Source of the DNA: Bacteroidia bacterium
GTDB lineage: Bacteria; Bacteroidota; Bacteroidia; J057
NCBI GenBank assembly: GCA_046160275.1
Contig: JBJXHA010000271.1
Coordinates: 1 to 43,009 of the forward strand
Direction: 5' to 3'
Length of the DNA: 43,009 bases
The translations under genes and the position numbers were made by a program. The notes under the pieces were generated by a model, which was given only the letters and a program-made list of their open reading frames with translations, was not told the origin of the DNA and searched no databases. How positions within the stretch are numbered: the first letter of the stretch is position 1; each line of letters begins with the position of its first letter. Positions 1 to 8,110 of this stretch are shown here, piece by piece.

Positions 1-8
1 TTTTGAAG

Positions 9-81
9 AGCAGAAGACGAGACTCGAACCCGCGACCCTCACCTTGGCAAGGTGATGCTCTACCAACTGAGCTACTTCTGC
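9..81 (-). tRNA. tRNA-Gly (anticodon GCC)
   Basis: Reverse complement is GCAGAAGTAGCTCAGTTGGTAGAGCATCACCTTGCCAAGGTGAGGGTCGCGGGTTCGAGTCTCGTCTTCTGCT. It has a 7-bp acceptor stem GCAGAAG/CTTCTGC, D arm GCTC-AGTTGGTA-GAGC, anticodon arm TCACC-TTGCCAA-GGTGA, T arm GCGGG-TTCGAGT-CTCGT and discriminator U. CCA is not encoded. Confidence 0.93.
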
Positions 82-101
82 GTATTTTTATTTTGTGGGT
101 G

Positions 102-109
102 CAAAGGTA
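102..109 (-). promoter_or_regulatory. -7 promoter box TACCTTTG (TAnnTTTG) for tRNA-Gly
   Basis: + strand CAAAGGTA is TACCTTTG on the - strand, about 20 nt upstream of the tRNA 5' end at 81. It matches the Bacteroidota sigma-A -7 consensus. Confidence 0.6.
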
Positions 110-183
110 GGGTGAAAAAAAGTATCATGCAAATTTTTCGTAAAAAACTTTCACTTTTTTTTACCTTTGTCATCGGTTTGTAG

Positions 184-258
184 CAGAGAAAGCAAGATTC
201 GAACTTGCACCTTTCGCCTAGACAAGGCGTTGCTCTACCAAAATTAAGCTACTTCTCT
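184..258 (-). tRNA. atypical tRNA-like gene, anticodon GUC (Asp) if a 7-nt loop is assumed; possibly a pseudo-tRNA
   Basis: Reverse complement is AGAGAAGTAGCTTAATTTTGGTAGAGCAACGCCTTGTCTAGGCGAAAGGTGCAAGTTCGAATCTTGCTTTCTCTG. The cloverleaf has acceptor AGAGAAG/TTTCTCT (one G-U pair), D arm GCTT-AATTTTGGTA-GAGC and a perfect T arm GCAAG-TTCGAAT-CTTGC. The anticodon arm ACGCC-TTGTCTA-GGCGA has an A27/A43 mismatch and a pyrimidine (U) at position 37. Confidence 0.55.
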
Positions 259-273
259 AATGAAATTCACGTA

Positions 274-281
274 CAAAGATA
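274..281 (-). promoter_or_regulatory. -7 promoter box TATCTTTG for the tRNA-like gene
   Basis: + strand CAAAGATA is TATCTTTG on the - strand, about 15 nt upstream of the tRNA-like 5' end at 258. Confidence 0.55.
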
Positions 282-367
282 GATAAATTTATCAAATAAA
301 TACGCGGTAAGAATTAGTTTATGCTGAAAATTCCACTCAAAATGTTGATAATAAGTAAGTTAATATC

Positions 368-406
368 AATTTTCATTATCAATTATTAATTTTCCATTAT
401 CAATTA
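368..406 (+). repeat. tandem duplication of a dispersed AT-rich element (AATTTTCATTATCAATTA / AATTTTCCATTATCAATTA)
   Basis: Copies at 368..385 and 388..406 differ only by one extra C. They end 9 nt before ATG 416. Related copies occur elsewhere in the window (see findings). Confidence 0.7.
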
Positions 407-415
407 GTTATTGCC

Positions 416-1549
416 ATGAGACTTTATACATTTTTCCTCTCCTTATTTGGAAACTATGCCGCTTTCTTTGTTTTATTGGCAATGTTATATTATGTGTATG
501 TAGTACTACGTGCCACCATTTACGCGAAAAAGCTGCCTATTTCTGCTCAAAGTTCCTTGCCTTTTGTAAGTGTAATCATTGCGGCAAGAAATGAAGCGGC
601 AAATATTGAAAAATGTTTGACTTCTATTTTGGCGCAAGACTATCCCAAAGAACACTTTGAAATATGGCTAATTGATGATGCTTCGGAAGATGAAACGTAT
701 GCTTTGGTAGAAAAATTAGCCCAAAAACATACACATTTACATTTGTTAGCAGCGAGAAAATTTTCCAAAAAGGCGGCAATTAGCGAGGGAGTTAGCCGCG
801 CAAAAGGGGAAATTATCTTGCAAACAGATGCCGATTGTGAGGTAACATCGAATTGGCTTAGCAGCATTGTTCCTCATTTTGAGGCAAATACGGCACTTAT
901 TTCTGCTCCCGTTTTTCTTGGTTATCCTAACTTTTCTTTTTTTGAGAAATTGCAATCGTTGGAATTTATGGGATTGAATTTATTAGGAGGTGGTTCTATG
1001 AATAGCGGAAATGCGAATATGTGTAATGGTGCAAATTTAGCTTATCGCAAAAAAGTATTTGAAGAAGTGGGTGGTTTTCAAGGAATTGACCAAGTGGCTT
1101 CGGGCGATGATGAACTCTTGTTGCAGAAAATTTTGGCACTAAAAACCTATCAAGTAAAGTATGTATATGATGAGAAGGCAATAGTACGCACCCCTGCGCA
1201 AACTACCTTTCGTGATTTTTGGCAACAGCGTTTGCGTTGGGTGAGTAAGGCGCGTTATTACACAAATCGTTGGGTGAATTTGACGCAACTTATTTTTGCA
1301 ATTGCCATTACAGGCGTGCCTTTTTTGGCTTTCTTTGGGCAAGTTCAGGCAGCTTTTTTTCTTTTTAGCTTAAAATGCTTGGCAGACATTTTTTTGATGT
1401 ACAAAGCCACTCATTTTTTTCGAGAAAAGCCACTTTTCTTCTATTTTTTCTTTCCCTTGCAATTGGCTTATTATCTCTATGTTCCCTCAATTGCGGTAAT
1501 GGGAAATTTTGTCAATCAATATGAATGGAAGGGGAGAAAGGTAAAGTAA
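416..1549 (+). CDS. family 2 glycosyltransferase, membrane-integrated (processive-synthase-like)
   Basis: 377-aa ORF with an N-terminal TM helix. GT2 signatures are SVIIAARNEA, DDASEDET, QTDADC, GANLAYRK and QQRLRW (QxxRW). Several C-terminal hydrophobic helices follow. Confidence 0.85.
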   Translation: MRLYTFFLSLFGNYAAFFVLLAMLYYVYVVLRATIYAKKLPISAQSSLPFVSVIIAARNEAANIEKCLTSILAQDYPKEHFEIWLIDDASEDETYALVEKLAQKHTHLHLLAARKFSKKAAISEGVSRAKGEIILQTDADCEVTSNWLSSIVPHFEANTALISAPVFLGYPNFSFFEKLQSLEFMGLNLLGGGSMNSGNANMCNGANLAYRKKVFEEVGGFQGIDQVASGDDELLLQKILALKTYQVKYVYDEKAIVRTPAQTTFRDFWQQRLRWVSKARYYTNRWVNLTQLIFAIAITGVPFLAFFGQVQAAFFLFSLKCLADIFLMYKATHFFREKPLFFYFFFPLQLAYYLYVPSIAVMGNFVNQYEWKGRKVK

Positions 1550-1585
1550 ATTTTTGCTGATTAATGTTTTTCTATGAATAGTTTG

Positions 1586-1593
1586 TATTTTTG
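1586..1593 (+). promoter_or_regulatory. -7 promoter box TATTTTTG
   Basis: TAnnTTTG match 35 nt upstream of ATG 1628. It lies inside the ORF-track extension that starts at 1574. Confidence 0.5.
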
Positions 1594-1627
1594 CACACAC
1601 AATTATTCATTTATCAATTTTATTTTT

Positions 1628-2200
1628 ATGAAACATTCAACAATCCCTACTTCGTCCTCAAAACCCGTCATCGAATGTGGGGTGGGTATTGCAGAGGTAA
1701 AAGTAGGTATGAGCATAGCCGAATTATTCGAGATTTTGGGTGAAGCTGGCATAAAAAAGACCTTTGAAGAGGAAATCGAGGGTTTTGATGGTTATGAGAA
1801 ATTCTTGCAATTTGTCATTGGTTTTGATTATCGCATTGAATATACAAACGATAGCTCACCAAGTTATCCCATTTTTAAAGTATGGATAAAAGAGGATAAA
1901 TTAATTGCTTTTATGCTTTCTTCTTATGGGGTAGGGGTGTTTGACTTGGATTTTTGTAAGCGTTTTCAAACTGAAAGCCACTTGCACATCGGCGACCCGA
2001 TTGATAAATTAACTGCAATTTATGGCGAACCGCTTCATATTCATTCGTATAGTCCTCATGCAAATTATATTTACCCACAACTTGGGGCTGGTTTTGTGTG
2101 TAACACAGATACCAATACTTTTCGCTCGGTGTATATTTTTGATAAAACAGATGCAGTTCTTGTAAATAAGATAAAAGATTTTTACCGAGAAACAACTTAG
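1628..2200 (+). CDS. hypothetical cytoplasmic protein
   Basis: The ORF track gives 1574..2200. The in-frame ATG at 1628 (MKHSTIPTSS...) is preferred because of the promoter box at 1586..1593. No signal peptide and no family recognised. Confidence 0.6.
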   Translation: MKHSTIPTSSSKPVIECGVGIAEVKVGMSIAELFEILGEAGIKKTFEEEIEGFDGYEKFLQFVIGFDYRIEYTNDSSPSYPIFKVWIKEDKLIAFMLSSYGVGVFDLDFCKRFQTESHLHIGDPIDKLTAIYGEPLHIHSYSPHANYIYPQLGAGFVCNTDTNTFRSVYIFDKTDAVLVNKIKDFYRETT

Positions 2201-2252
2201 AGGTGAGTTAAAAATAAAGTATCAAACTGATATGTTTTTTACCACCAAGTTT

Positions 2253-2341
2253 CACAAAGCATTTTCCACGAAGATACACAAAGCCAAGGTTAACGGTTTT
2301 TTCTGGGTGTAACTTTGTGCAAGTATTTCTGCTACTTTGTG
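2253..2341. promoter_or_regulatory. symmetric array of four CACAAAG/CTTTGTG heptamers (possible operator, or terminator of the upstream gene)
   Basis: CACAAAG at 2253 and 2277, CTTTGTG at 2313 and 2335, mirror-symmetric about ~2297. A TAACTTTG box at 2310..2317 overlaps the third heptamer. The last heptamer is followed by GTTTTTT. Confidence 0.4.
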
Positions 2342-2425
2342 GTTTTTTACCTAAAGATGTGCAGGCTTTGTTTTCACTCGTTCCTAACTACAATTTTCCA
2401 TTTTCCATTCTCAATTACATAAATT

Positions 2426-3289
2426 ATGTATAAATTTAGTTTCTTATTCTTGCTAAGTATGGCATTATTGGTTGAAAAGAGCTTTGCCCAAAAAGAGGCA
2501 TACCGCGTTTTTACGGGAAAAGGCAAAAAAAGTGATTACGGAAAGTTGCTGGCTGCCGCTTCAAACCAAGAATTTGTGTTTTTTGGCGAATTGCATAACA
2601 ATCCGATTGCGCATTGGCTAGAATTTGAACTGTTGAAAGATTTGGCAGCGCAAAAGCAAGTAAGTGTGGGCATGGAAATGTTTGAAACTGACCAACAACA
2701 TTGGTTAGTAGATTATTTTGCAGAAAAAATAGAGCAAAAAGTGTTTGAAAAAGATGCAAAACCTTGGAATAATTATCCTACTGATTATAAGCCAATTGTG
2801 GAATTTTGCAAAGAGAAAAAATTACCTTTAATTGCGACAAATGTGCCACGCCCTTATGCGAGAATGGTAGCAAAAAATGGCGTTGCTTCACTCGATACTT
2901 TACCCGAAAGCGACAAAAAATGGATATGTCCGCTTCCTTATACGATTCCTTTTGAAAATCCTTCTTATCAAAAAATGGAGGAAATGATGGGACATTCAGG
3001 AACTGCCTCCAAGAATTTTGTGTCGGCACAAGCCATAAAAGACGCGACAATGGCGCATAACATTTTGAAGAACGAAAAACAAGGCGGCATCTTCTTACAT
3101 TTTAATGGCTCTTATCATTCCGACTATAAAGAAGGGATTGTATGGTATATTTTTCAGCAAAAAAAAGCGGCGAAAGTATTAAATATTTCGGTGGTAGAAC
3201 AAACTCAAACGGCAACCTTAGACAAAGAGCATTTGAATAAAGCTGATTTTATCATTGTCGTGCCTGAAAGTATGACGAAAACATATTAA
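2426..3289 (+). CDS. ChaN-like (haem-binding uptake, Tiki superfamily) secreted protein
   Basis: 287 aa with signal peptide MYKFSFLFLLSMALLVEKSFA. FFGELHNNPIAHWLEFELLKDL resembles the ChaN/Cofac_haem_bdg N-terminal motif. The family call is from memory. Confidence 0.6.
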   Translation: MYKFSFLFLLSMALLVEKSFAQKEAYRVFTGKGKKSDYGKLLAAASNQEFVFFGELHNNPIAHWLEFELLKDLAAQKQVSVGMEMFETDQQHWLVDYFAEKIEQKVFEKDAKPWNNYPTDYKPIVEFCKEKKLPLIATNVPRPYARMVAKNGVASLDTLPESDKKWICPLPYTIPFENPSYQKMEEMMGHSGTASKNFVSAQAIKDATMAHNILKNEKQGGIFLHFNGSYHSDYKEGIVWYIFQQKKAAKVLNISVVEQTQTATLDKEHLNKADFIIVVPESMTKTY

Positions 3290-3408
3290 ACTTCTAACAT
3301 TTTTTAATAAAAAGCAGCGAAAAACAGAAAAATTTCGTTTACACAATAAATAGAGTAAATATTTGTTGATATATTAGTTGTCAGCGAATTGACTGGATTT
3401 ATTAAAAA

Positions 3409-4131
3409 ATGAAAAAATTAACTTACGTATTTTCTACTTGCTTTTTATTAGGACTTGTTTGGTTTGGGCAGGGCTGTGGAGGTCGCCTGCATAATGGGAT
3501 TACTGATTGTGTTCCAAAGGAGTATTTTGAGGTGTTGGGCGCAAAATTACTGTCTGTTCAAAAATGGATACCTGCTAATAATACCACGACTGCCTCTTTT
3601 CCGAGTGATATTTGGGAAGAGGCTCATCTTTTTTCTCAAGATGAACAACTTGAAATTCTCCTACAATTTGAGGTAAGTTTCTTTTCTACTTCTCAGTCGG
3701 AAATTCGCCAAAAAAACACAAGACCTTTTGAATTTAGTCTTTTTCCTAAAGCCTACGCCGATAAAATTTCGCCAACTCCCTGCGCTAATTTAGACGGTAA
3801 AAGAGGTACTCCCGACAAAATTAAAACATTTGAAATATTGACGATAGAAGATTTTGACGAAAATCACCCTGCCAATAGCTCCATCAACGAATATTTTAGT
3901 AAGCAAACTGCTGTAAATGAGGGTGTTCCTTTAAATGATTGGTTGCAAAATGTGGCATACGCCCAAAGCCTAAATACTGCGTTTATGGACGGTTTCTATA
4001 TAGGTGCTCATATACTTCGTTTGAATGTATTGCCCACTTATCAAAAAATACATCAATTCAAATTACATATTACTTTTGAAGATGGGCGTGTGTCAGTACT
4101 TACCTTACCTAAAATGTATTTCAACCAATAA
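3409..4131 (+). CDS. hypothetical lipoprotein, paralogue A of a tandem pair
   Basis: 240 aa with a signal peptide and Cys (GQGC). Shares CVPKEYFEV, FSLFPKAYA, PCANLDGKRGTPDKIKTFEILT and DGRVSVLTLPKMYFNQ with the next ORF. Confidence 0.75.
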   Translation: MKKLTYVFSTCFLLGLVWFGQGCGGRLHNGITDCVPKEYFEVLGAKLLSVQKWIPANNTTTASFPSDIWEEAHLFSQDEQLEILLQFEVSFFSTSQSEIRQKNTRPFEFSLFPKAYADKISPTPCANLDGKRGTPDKIKTFEILTIEDFDENHPANSSINEYFSKQTAVNEGVPLNDWLQNVAYAQSLNTAFMDGFYIGAHILRLNVLPTYQKIHQFKLHITFEDGRVSVLTLPKMYFNQ

Positions 4132-4145
4132 AATATAGCTAAAAT

Positions 4146-4841
4146 ATGAAAAGATTATCATTTCTTCTTTTACTTTCTTGTGTTTCTTTGTTATTTACGC
4201 ATTGTACCAATAATAGGTCAACAGGTTGTCAAGTAAAGGAATATTTTGAAGTTACAAACATCAGTACACTTGCTTTTCAGCGTTATCATATACAAACGGG
4301 TTCGCTTCAATTCTCGCAATCTGACTCTAATTTGCACCAACTTTATCAAGGAGAATATGCAGACTATACTTTTAAATTTAATGTTTCTTTTTTTAACGTG
4401 GGACAAGTAGAGCCACCTAAAACGCGCAAACCTACTTGGGATTTTTCGCCCTTTCCTTCTGCTTATGCGGTATTTATCCCTGAAGATCCTTGCGCTCAGT
4501 TTAATGGGAAAAAAGGAACTCCTGATAAGGTAAAGTCGTTTACTATTATGTCAAAATCGGATTTTGACGCAACTCATGCCGCAAATACTTCACTCAATAG
4601 TTATTTTAAAATTATGTTAGGATTTAGCGGTGAACAACAACCTTTAGAGGAATGGTTAACGAATGTGCTTTACCAAGAAATTCACAACAGAGAGTTCCAA
4701 ACGAGCCTTTACACGAAATCGTATGGCTTACGCTTAGAAGCTACTCCTAACCTTAATCAAATTCACGATTTATACGTCAAAATCGAATTTCAAGACGGGA
4801 GAATGGAAATACAAGATCTGCCTAAGTTTTATTATCAATAA
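4146..4841 (+). CDS. hypothetical lipoprotein, paralogue B of a tandem pair
   Basis: 231 aa with signal peptide MKRLSFLLLLSC. Shares CQVKEYFEV, FSPFPSAYA, PCAQFNGKKGTPDKVKSFTIMS and DGRMEIQDLPKFYYQ, collinear with 3409..4131. Confidence 0.75.
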   Translation: MKRLSFLLLLSCVSLLFTHCTNNRSTGCQVKEYFEVTNISTLAFQRYHIQTGSLQFSQSDSNLHQLYQGEYADYTFKFNVSFFNVGQVEPPKTRKPTWDFSPFPSAYAVFIPEDPCAQFNGKKGTPDKVKSFTIMSKSDFDATHAANTSLNSYFKIMLGFSGEQQPLEEWLTNVLYQEIHNREFQTSLYTKSYGLRLEATPNLNQIHDLYVKIEFQDGRMEIQDLPKFYYQ

Positions 4842-4876
4842 ATTGTTTACAGTGTTACTTCAAAAGGGGCTGTATA

Positions 4877-4912
4877 AAAAGTTCTGAACTCTTCGAAGAG
4901 TTCAGAACTTTT
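4877..4912. terminator. bidirectional intrinsic terminator (perfect 36-bp palindrome)
   Basis: AAAAGTTCTGAACTCTTC|GAAGAGTTCAGAACTTTT lies between convergent genes ending at 4841 (+) and 4930 (-). An A-run and a T-run flank it. Confidence 0.75.
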
Positions 4913-4929
4913 GAATTAACTAATCGTAA

Positions 4930-5373
4930 CTAATTTAATCTCCATTCCCACGCATCGCCAATTTCATGGTCTTGCACAATTCCCGAAAAAATAAAACCAT
5001 TTTTAGCTAAAATATTCGTAGAAACATTGTGTTCTGGTGCTGTTTTGGCGGTAATTATCATATCTGCCTGCGCCTGCCGAGCAATCTCAATCAAGGTTTT
5101 ACAAGCAAACGAAGCAATTCCTTGTCCCTCAAACGCTTGAAATGTCCAATAAGCAATTTCTACTTTTCCTGCTTGCGGCTGCCCTGTGTAACCACAAGAG
5201 CCAACTACCACGTCCCCTCGCATCACAAAATATCCCACCCAAGGAAAGTGATAGCCTATTTGTGCATAAAAATCCCGATATATCGCCAACAACTGCTGGC
5301 AATCGTCAGAAGCAAACAAAGGAAGACTTGCCTCTTCCTTTAAAGTAATGGGGATTAATTTCAGTTGGTTCAT
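4930..5373 (-). CDS. GNAT family N-acetyltransferase
   Basis: 147 aa. Acetyl-CoA binding motif QAFEGQGIASFACKTLIEIA (Q/RxxGxG/A) and GNAT-typical size and layout. Confidence 0.8.
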   Translation of the reverse strand: MNQLKLIPITLKEEASLPLFASDDCQQLLAIYRDFYAQIGYHFPWVGYFVMRGDVVVGSCGYTGQPQAGKVEIAYWTFQAFEGQGIASFACKTLIEIARQAQADMIITAKTAPEHNVSTNILAKNGFIFSGIVQDHEIGDAWEWRLN

Positions 5374-5400
5374 ATTCCAAAAAAATGTATAAACTATTCA

Positions 5401-5408
5401 CAAATTTA
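5401..5408 (-). promoter_or_regulatory. -7 promoter box TAAATTTG for the GNAT gene
   Basis: + strand CAAATTTA is TAAATTTG on the - strand, 27 nt upstream of ATG 5373. Confidence 0.55.
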
Positions 5409-5419
5409 GTTTTTTTCCT

Positions 5420-5427
5420 TATCTTTG
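5420..5427 (+). promoter_or_regulatory. -7 promoter box TATCTTTG for valS
   Basis: TAnnTTTG match 30 nt upstream of ATG 5458. It is divergent from the GNAT promoter. Confidence 0.6.
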
Positions 5428-5457
5428 CACCCTTATACAAAAAAAAACACCAAAAAA

Positions 5458-8088
5458 ATGATTTCTTCTAAGTACAATCCCTCTGAAATTGAGGACAAGT
5501 GGTATGCGAAGTGGGTGAGTAATCAACTGTTTAAGTCTATCCCAGATTCGCGTCCAGCTTACACGATTGTGATTCCACCGCCCAACGTTACGGGGGTACT
5601 TCACATGGGACACATGCTTAATAACACCATTCAAGATGTCTTGATCCGCCGCAAACGTATGAGTGGTTATAATGCTTGCTGGGTCCCTGGCACTGACCAT
5701 GCTTCTATTGCAACAGAGGCAAAGGTCGTGGGTATGCTGCGTGAGCAAGGGATTAAGAAATCAGAAATTGGTCGTGAAAAATTCCTTGAACACGCTTTTG
5801 AGTGGAAAGAAAAATACGGCGGCATTATCTTACAGCAGTTGCGCAAATTAGGTGCGAGTTGCGACTGGGATAGAACGCATTTTACGATGGATGAAGCCTA
5901 TTATAAGGCGGTAATTGAGGTTTTTGTAGATTTATACGACAAAGGTTACATCTATCGCGGTTTGCGCATGGTCAATTGGGATTGTGTTGCTTTGACTGCC
6001 GTTTCCGATGAAGAAGTAATTTTTGAAACGCATAATGATAAACTGTATTATGTTAAATACTTTATCGAAAATTCAGAGGAATTTGTAACGATAGCTACGA
6101 CTCGCCCCGAAACGATTATGGCTGACGTAGCGGTTGCTGTTCACCCTGACGATGAGCGTTTTAAGCATTTACACGGCAAAAAAGTGATAGTTCCTTTGGT
6201 AAATCGTGCCGTTCCTATTATCGCTGATGAATATGTGGACATGGAATTTGGAACAGGTTGCTTAAAAATTACGCCTGCACATGATAAAAATGACTACGAA
6301 ATTGGCACAAAACACAATCTTGAAGTCATTGATATTTTAAATCCAAACGGCACTTTAAGCGAAGCTGCACAATTTTTTGTAGGAGAACCCCGCGAAAAAG
6401 CGCGTAAAATGGTGGCAAAAGAATTGGCTGCAAGAGAATTATTGGCAAAAGAAGAGCCTTATACACATAAAGTTGGAACTTCGGAGCGCACAAAAGCCGT
6501 AATCGAGCCGCGCCTTTCTATGCAATGGTTTTTGAGCATGAAAGACATCTCAAAACCCGCTTTGGACGCTGTTCTCAACGGTGAAGTAACGCTTATTCCT
6601 GAAAAATTCACCAATACCTATCGTCATTGGATGGAAAATGTAAAGGATTGGTGTTTGTCGCGTCAACTTTGGTGGGGGCATCAAATTCCTGCCTATTTTA
6701 TCAAGGAAGAAGGAAAAGGGAATAACGAAAATGCGTTCGTAGTTGCAAGAACTTTGGAGGCAGCGGTTGAAAAGGCAAGAGTTTTAACAGGAAATCACAA
6801 CCTTCAAGCCAGCGATTTGCAACAAGATGAAGACGTATTAGATACTTGGGCTTCTTCTTGGCTTTGGCCTATCGAAGTTTTTAAAGGCTTGTCAAGCCCT
6901 GATAATGAAGACTTTAACTATTATTATCCGACCAATGATTTGGTAACTGCACCCGAAATTTTGTTCTTTTGGGTAGCGCGTATGATTATTGCGGGATATG
7001 AATATACAGGCAAAAAACCTTTCGACAATGTATATCTTACAGGAATTGTAAGGGATAAATTGGGCAGAAAAATGTCTAAATCTTTGGGCAATTCTCCCGA
7101 CCCTTTAGACTTGATTCGTGATTTTGGTGCTGATGGTGTGCGCGTAGGTATGTTGTTATGCTCGCCTGCGGGCAATGATTTGCCTTTTGATGAAGGTTTG
7201 GTAGAGCAAGGAAGAAATTTTGCCAATAAAATTTGGAACGCTTTTCGTTTGGTAAAAGGTTGGGAATTAACAGATACAGAACCCACTGAAATTGAACGTC
7301 TTGCAATAGATTGGTTCACTTCTCGTATGAATGAAGTAAGAACAGAACTAGACGATTTGTTTGAAAAATTTCGTTTGTCTGAGGCTTTGATGGCGATTTA
7401 TAAGTTGATTTGGGACGATTTCTGCGCCTATTTCTTGGAAATGGTAAAACCGCCTTATCAACAACCGATTTCTGCGGCTTCTCATCAAAGGATTCTTGCC
7501 ATTTTTGAAGAATTGATGTTGATTTTGCATCCTTTTATGCCTTTTATTAGCGAAGAAATTTGGCAAAATTTGGGAGAAAGAGGCGAAAATGACTCGATTT
7601 GTGTAGCGCAATATCCTCCTATTGGGGAAATGAATATTACGCTTTTGGCAGAAATGAATACGATTCAGCAGTTCATTGTGGCAGTTCGTGCTTTCAAAGC
7701 GGCAAAACAAATTCCGCCCAAAGAAAACATTGAACTCTATATCAAAACGTCAGAAACGGCTATTTTTCAAGCTTATAGCAGCTTACTAACCAAATTTTTG
7801 AGCCTCGAAAAAATGGAATTTGTAAGCGAAAAAGTAGCAGGCGCAGGCAGTTTATTAGCAGGAACAACTGAGGTATTTATCCCCCTCAAAAACATAGACA
7901 TCGCCGCCGAACAAGAAAAAGCGAAAAAAGAAATCGCTTACCTTGAAGGCTTCTTACAATCGGTAATGAAAAAACTCGGCAACGAAAAATTCGTAGCAAA
8001 CGCAAAACCCGAAGTCATTGCCGCCGAACAAAAGAAAAAAGACGATGCCGAAGCAAAAATTGAAATGCTAAAAGCAAGCTTGGTATAA
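5458..8088 (+). CDS. valS: valine--tRNA ligase
   Basis: 876 aa from ATG 5458; the ORF-track start at 5425 is a TTG inside the promoter box. Class I motifs are [13 protein letters not shown] (HIGH) and KMSKSLGN (KMSKS). A C-terminal coiled coil is typical of ValRS. Confidence 0.97.
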   Translation: MISSKYNPSEIEDKWYAKWVSNQLFKSIPDSRPAYTIVIPPPNVTGVLHMGHMLNNTIQDVLIRRKRMSGYNACWVPGTDHASIATEAKVVGMLREQGIKKSEIGREKFLEHAFEWKEKYGGIILQQLRKLGASCDWDRTHFTMDEAYYKAVIEVFVDLYDKGYIYRGLRMVNWDCVALTAVSDEEVIFETHNDKLYYVKYFIENSEEFVTIATTRPETIMADVAVAVHPDDERFKHLHGKKVIVPLVNRAVPIIADEYVDMEFGTGCLKITPAHDKNDYEIGTKHNLEVIDILNPNGTLSEAAQFFVGEPREKARKMVAKELAARELLAKEEPYTHKVGTSERTKAVIEPRLSMQWFLSMKDISKPALDAVLNGEVTLIPEKFTNTYRHWMENVKDWCLSRQLWWGHQIPAYFIKEEGKGNNENAFVVARTLEAAVEKARVLTGNHNLQASDLQQDEDVLDTWASSWLWPIEVFKGLSSPDNEDFNYYYPTNDLVTAPEILFFWVARMIIAGYEYTGKKPFDNVYLTGIVRDKLGRKMSKSLGNSPDPLDLIRDFGADGVRVGMLLCSPAGNDLPFDEGLVEQGRNFANKIWNAFRLVKGWELTDTEPTEIERLAIDWFTSRMNEVRTELDDLFEKFRLSEALMAIYKLIWDDFCAYFLEMVKPPYQQPISAASHQRILAIFEELMLILHPFMPFISEEIWQNLGERGENDSICVAQYPPIGEMNITLLAEMNTIQQFIVAVRAFKAAKQIPPKENIELYIKTSETAIFQAYSSLLTKFLSLEKMEFVSEKVAGAGSLLAGTTEVFIPLKNIDIAAEQEKAKKEIAYLEGFLQSVMKKLGNEKFVANAKPEVIAAEQKKKDDAEAKIEMLKASLV

Positions 8089-8110
8089 CAAAACCAAAAT
8101 CGAATAAAGA

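Noticed and set aside
162-169. + strand TACCTTTG box between the two tRNA genes.
   Set aside because: No + strand gene or RNA follows within a sensible distance; the next ATG gene is 247 nt away, across the antisense tRNA-like gene. It is probably a chance match in AT-rich spacer.
1-415. tRNA genes considered as a possible integration site for a genomic island.
   Set aside because: No integrase, direct repeat of a tRNA 3' end, or mobile-element gene is visible within the window. The flanking genes are ordinary chromosomal functions.
5419-5748. 109-aa - strand ORF and 62-aa + strand ORF (5663..5851) overlapping the valS 5' region; also 6924..7319, 7076..7306, 7348..7710 and 8015..8338.
   Set aside because: They lie inside or antisense to valS, a universally conserved gene with intact class I motifs.
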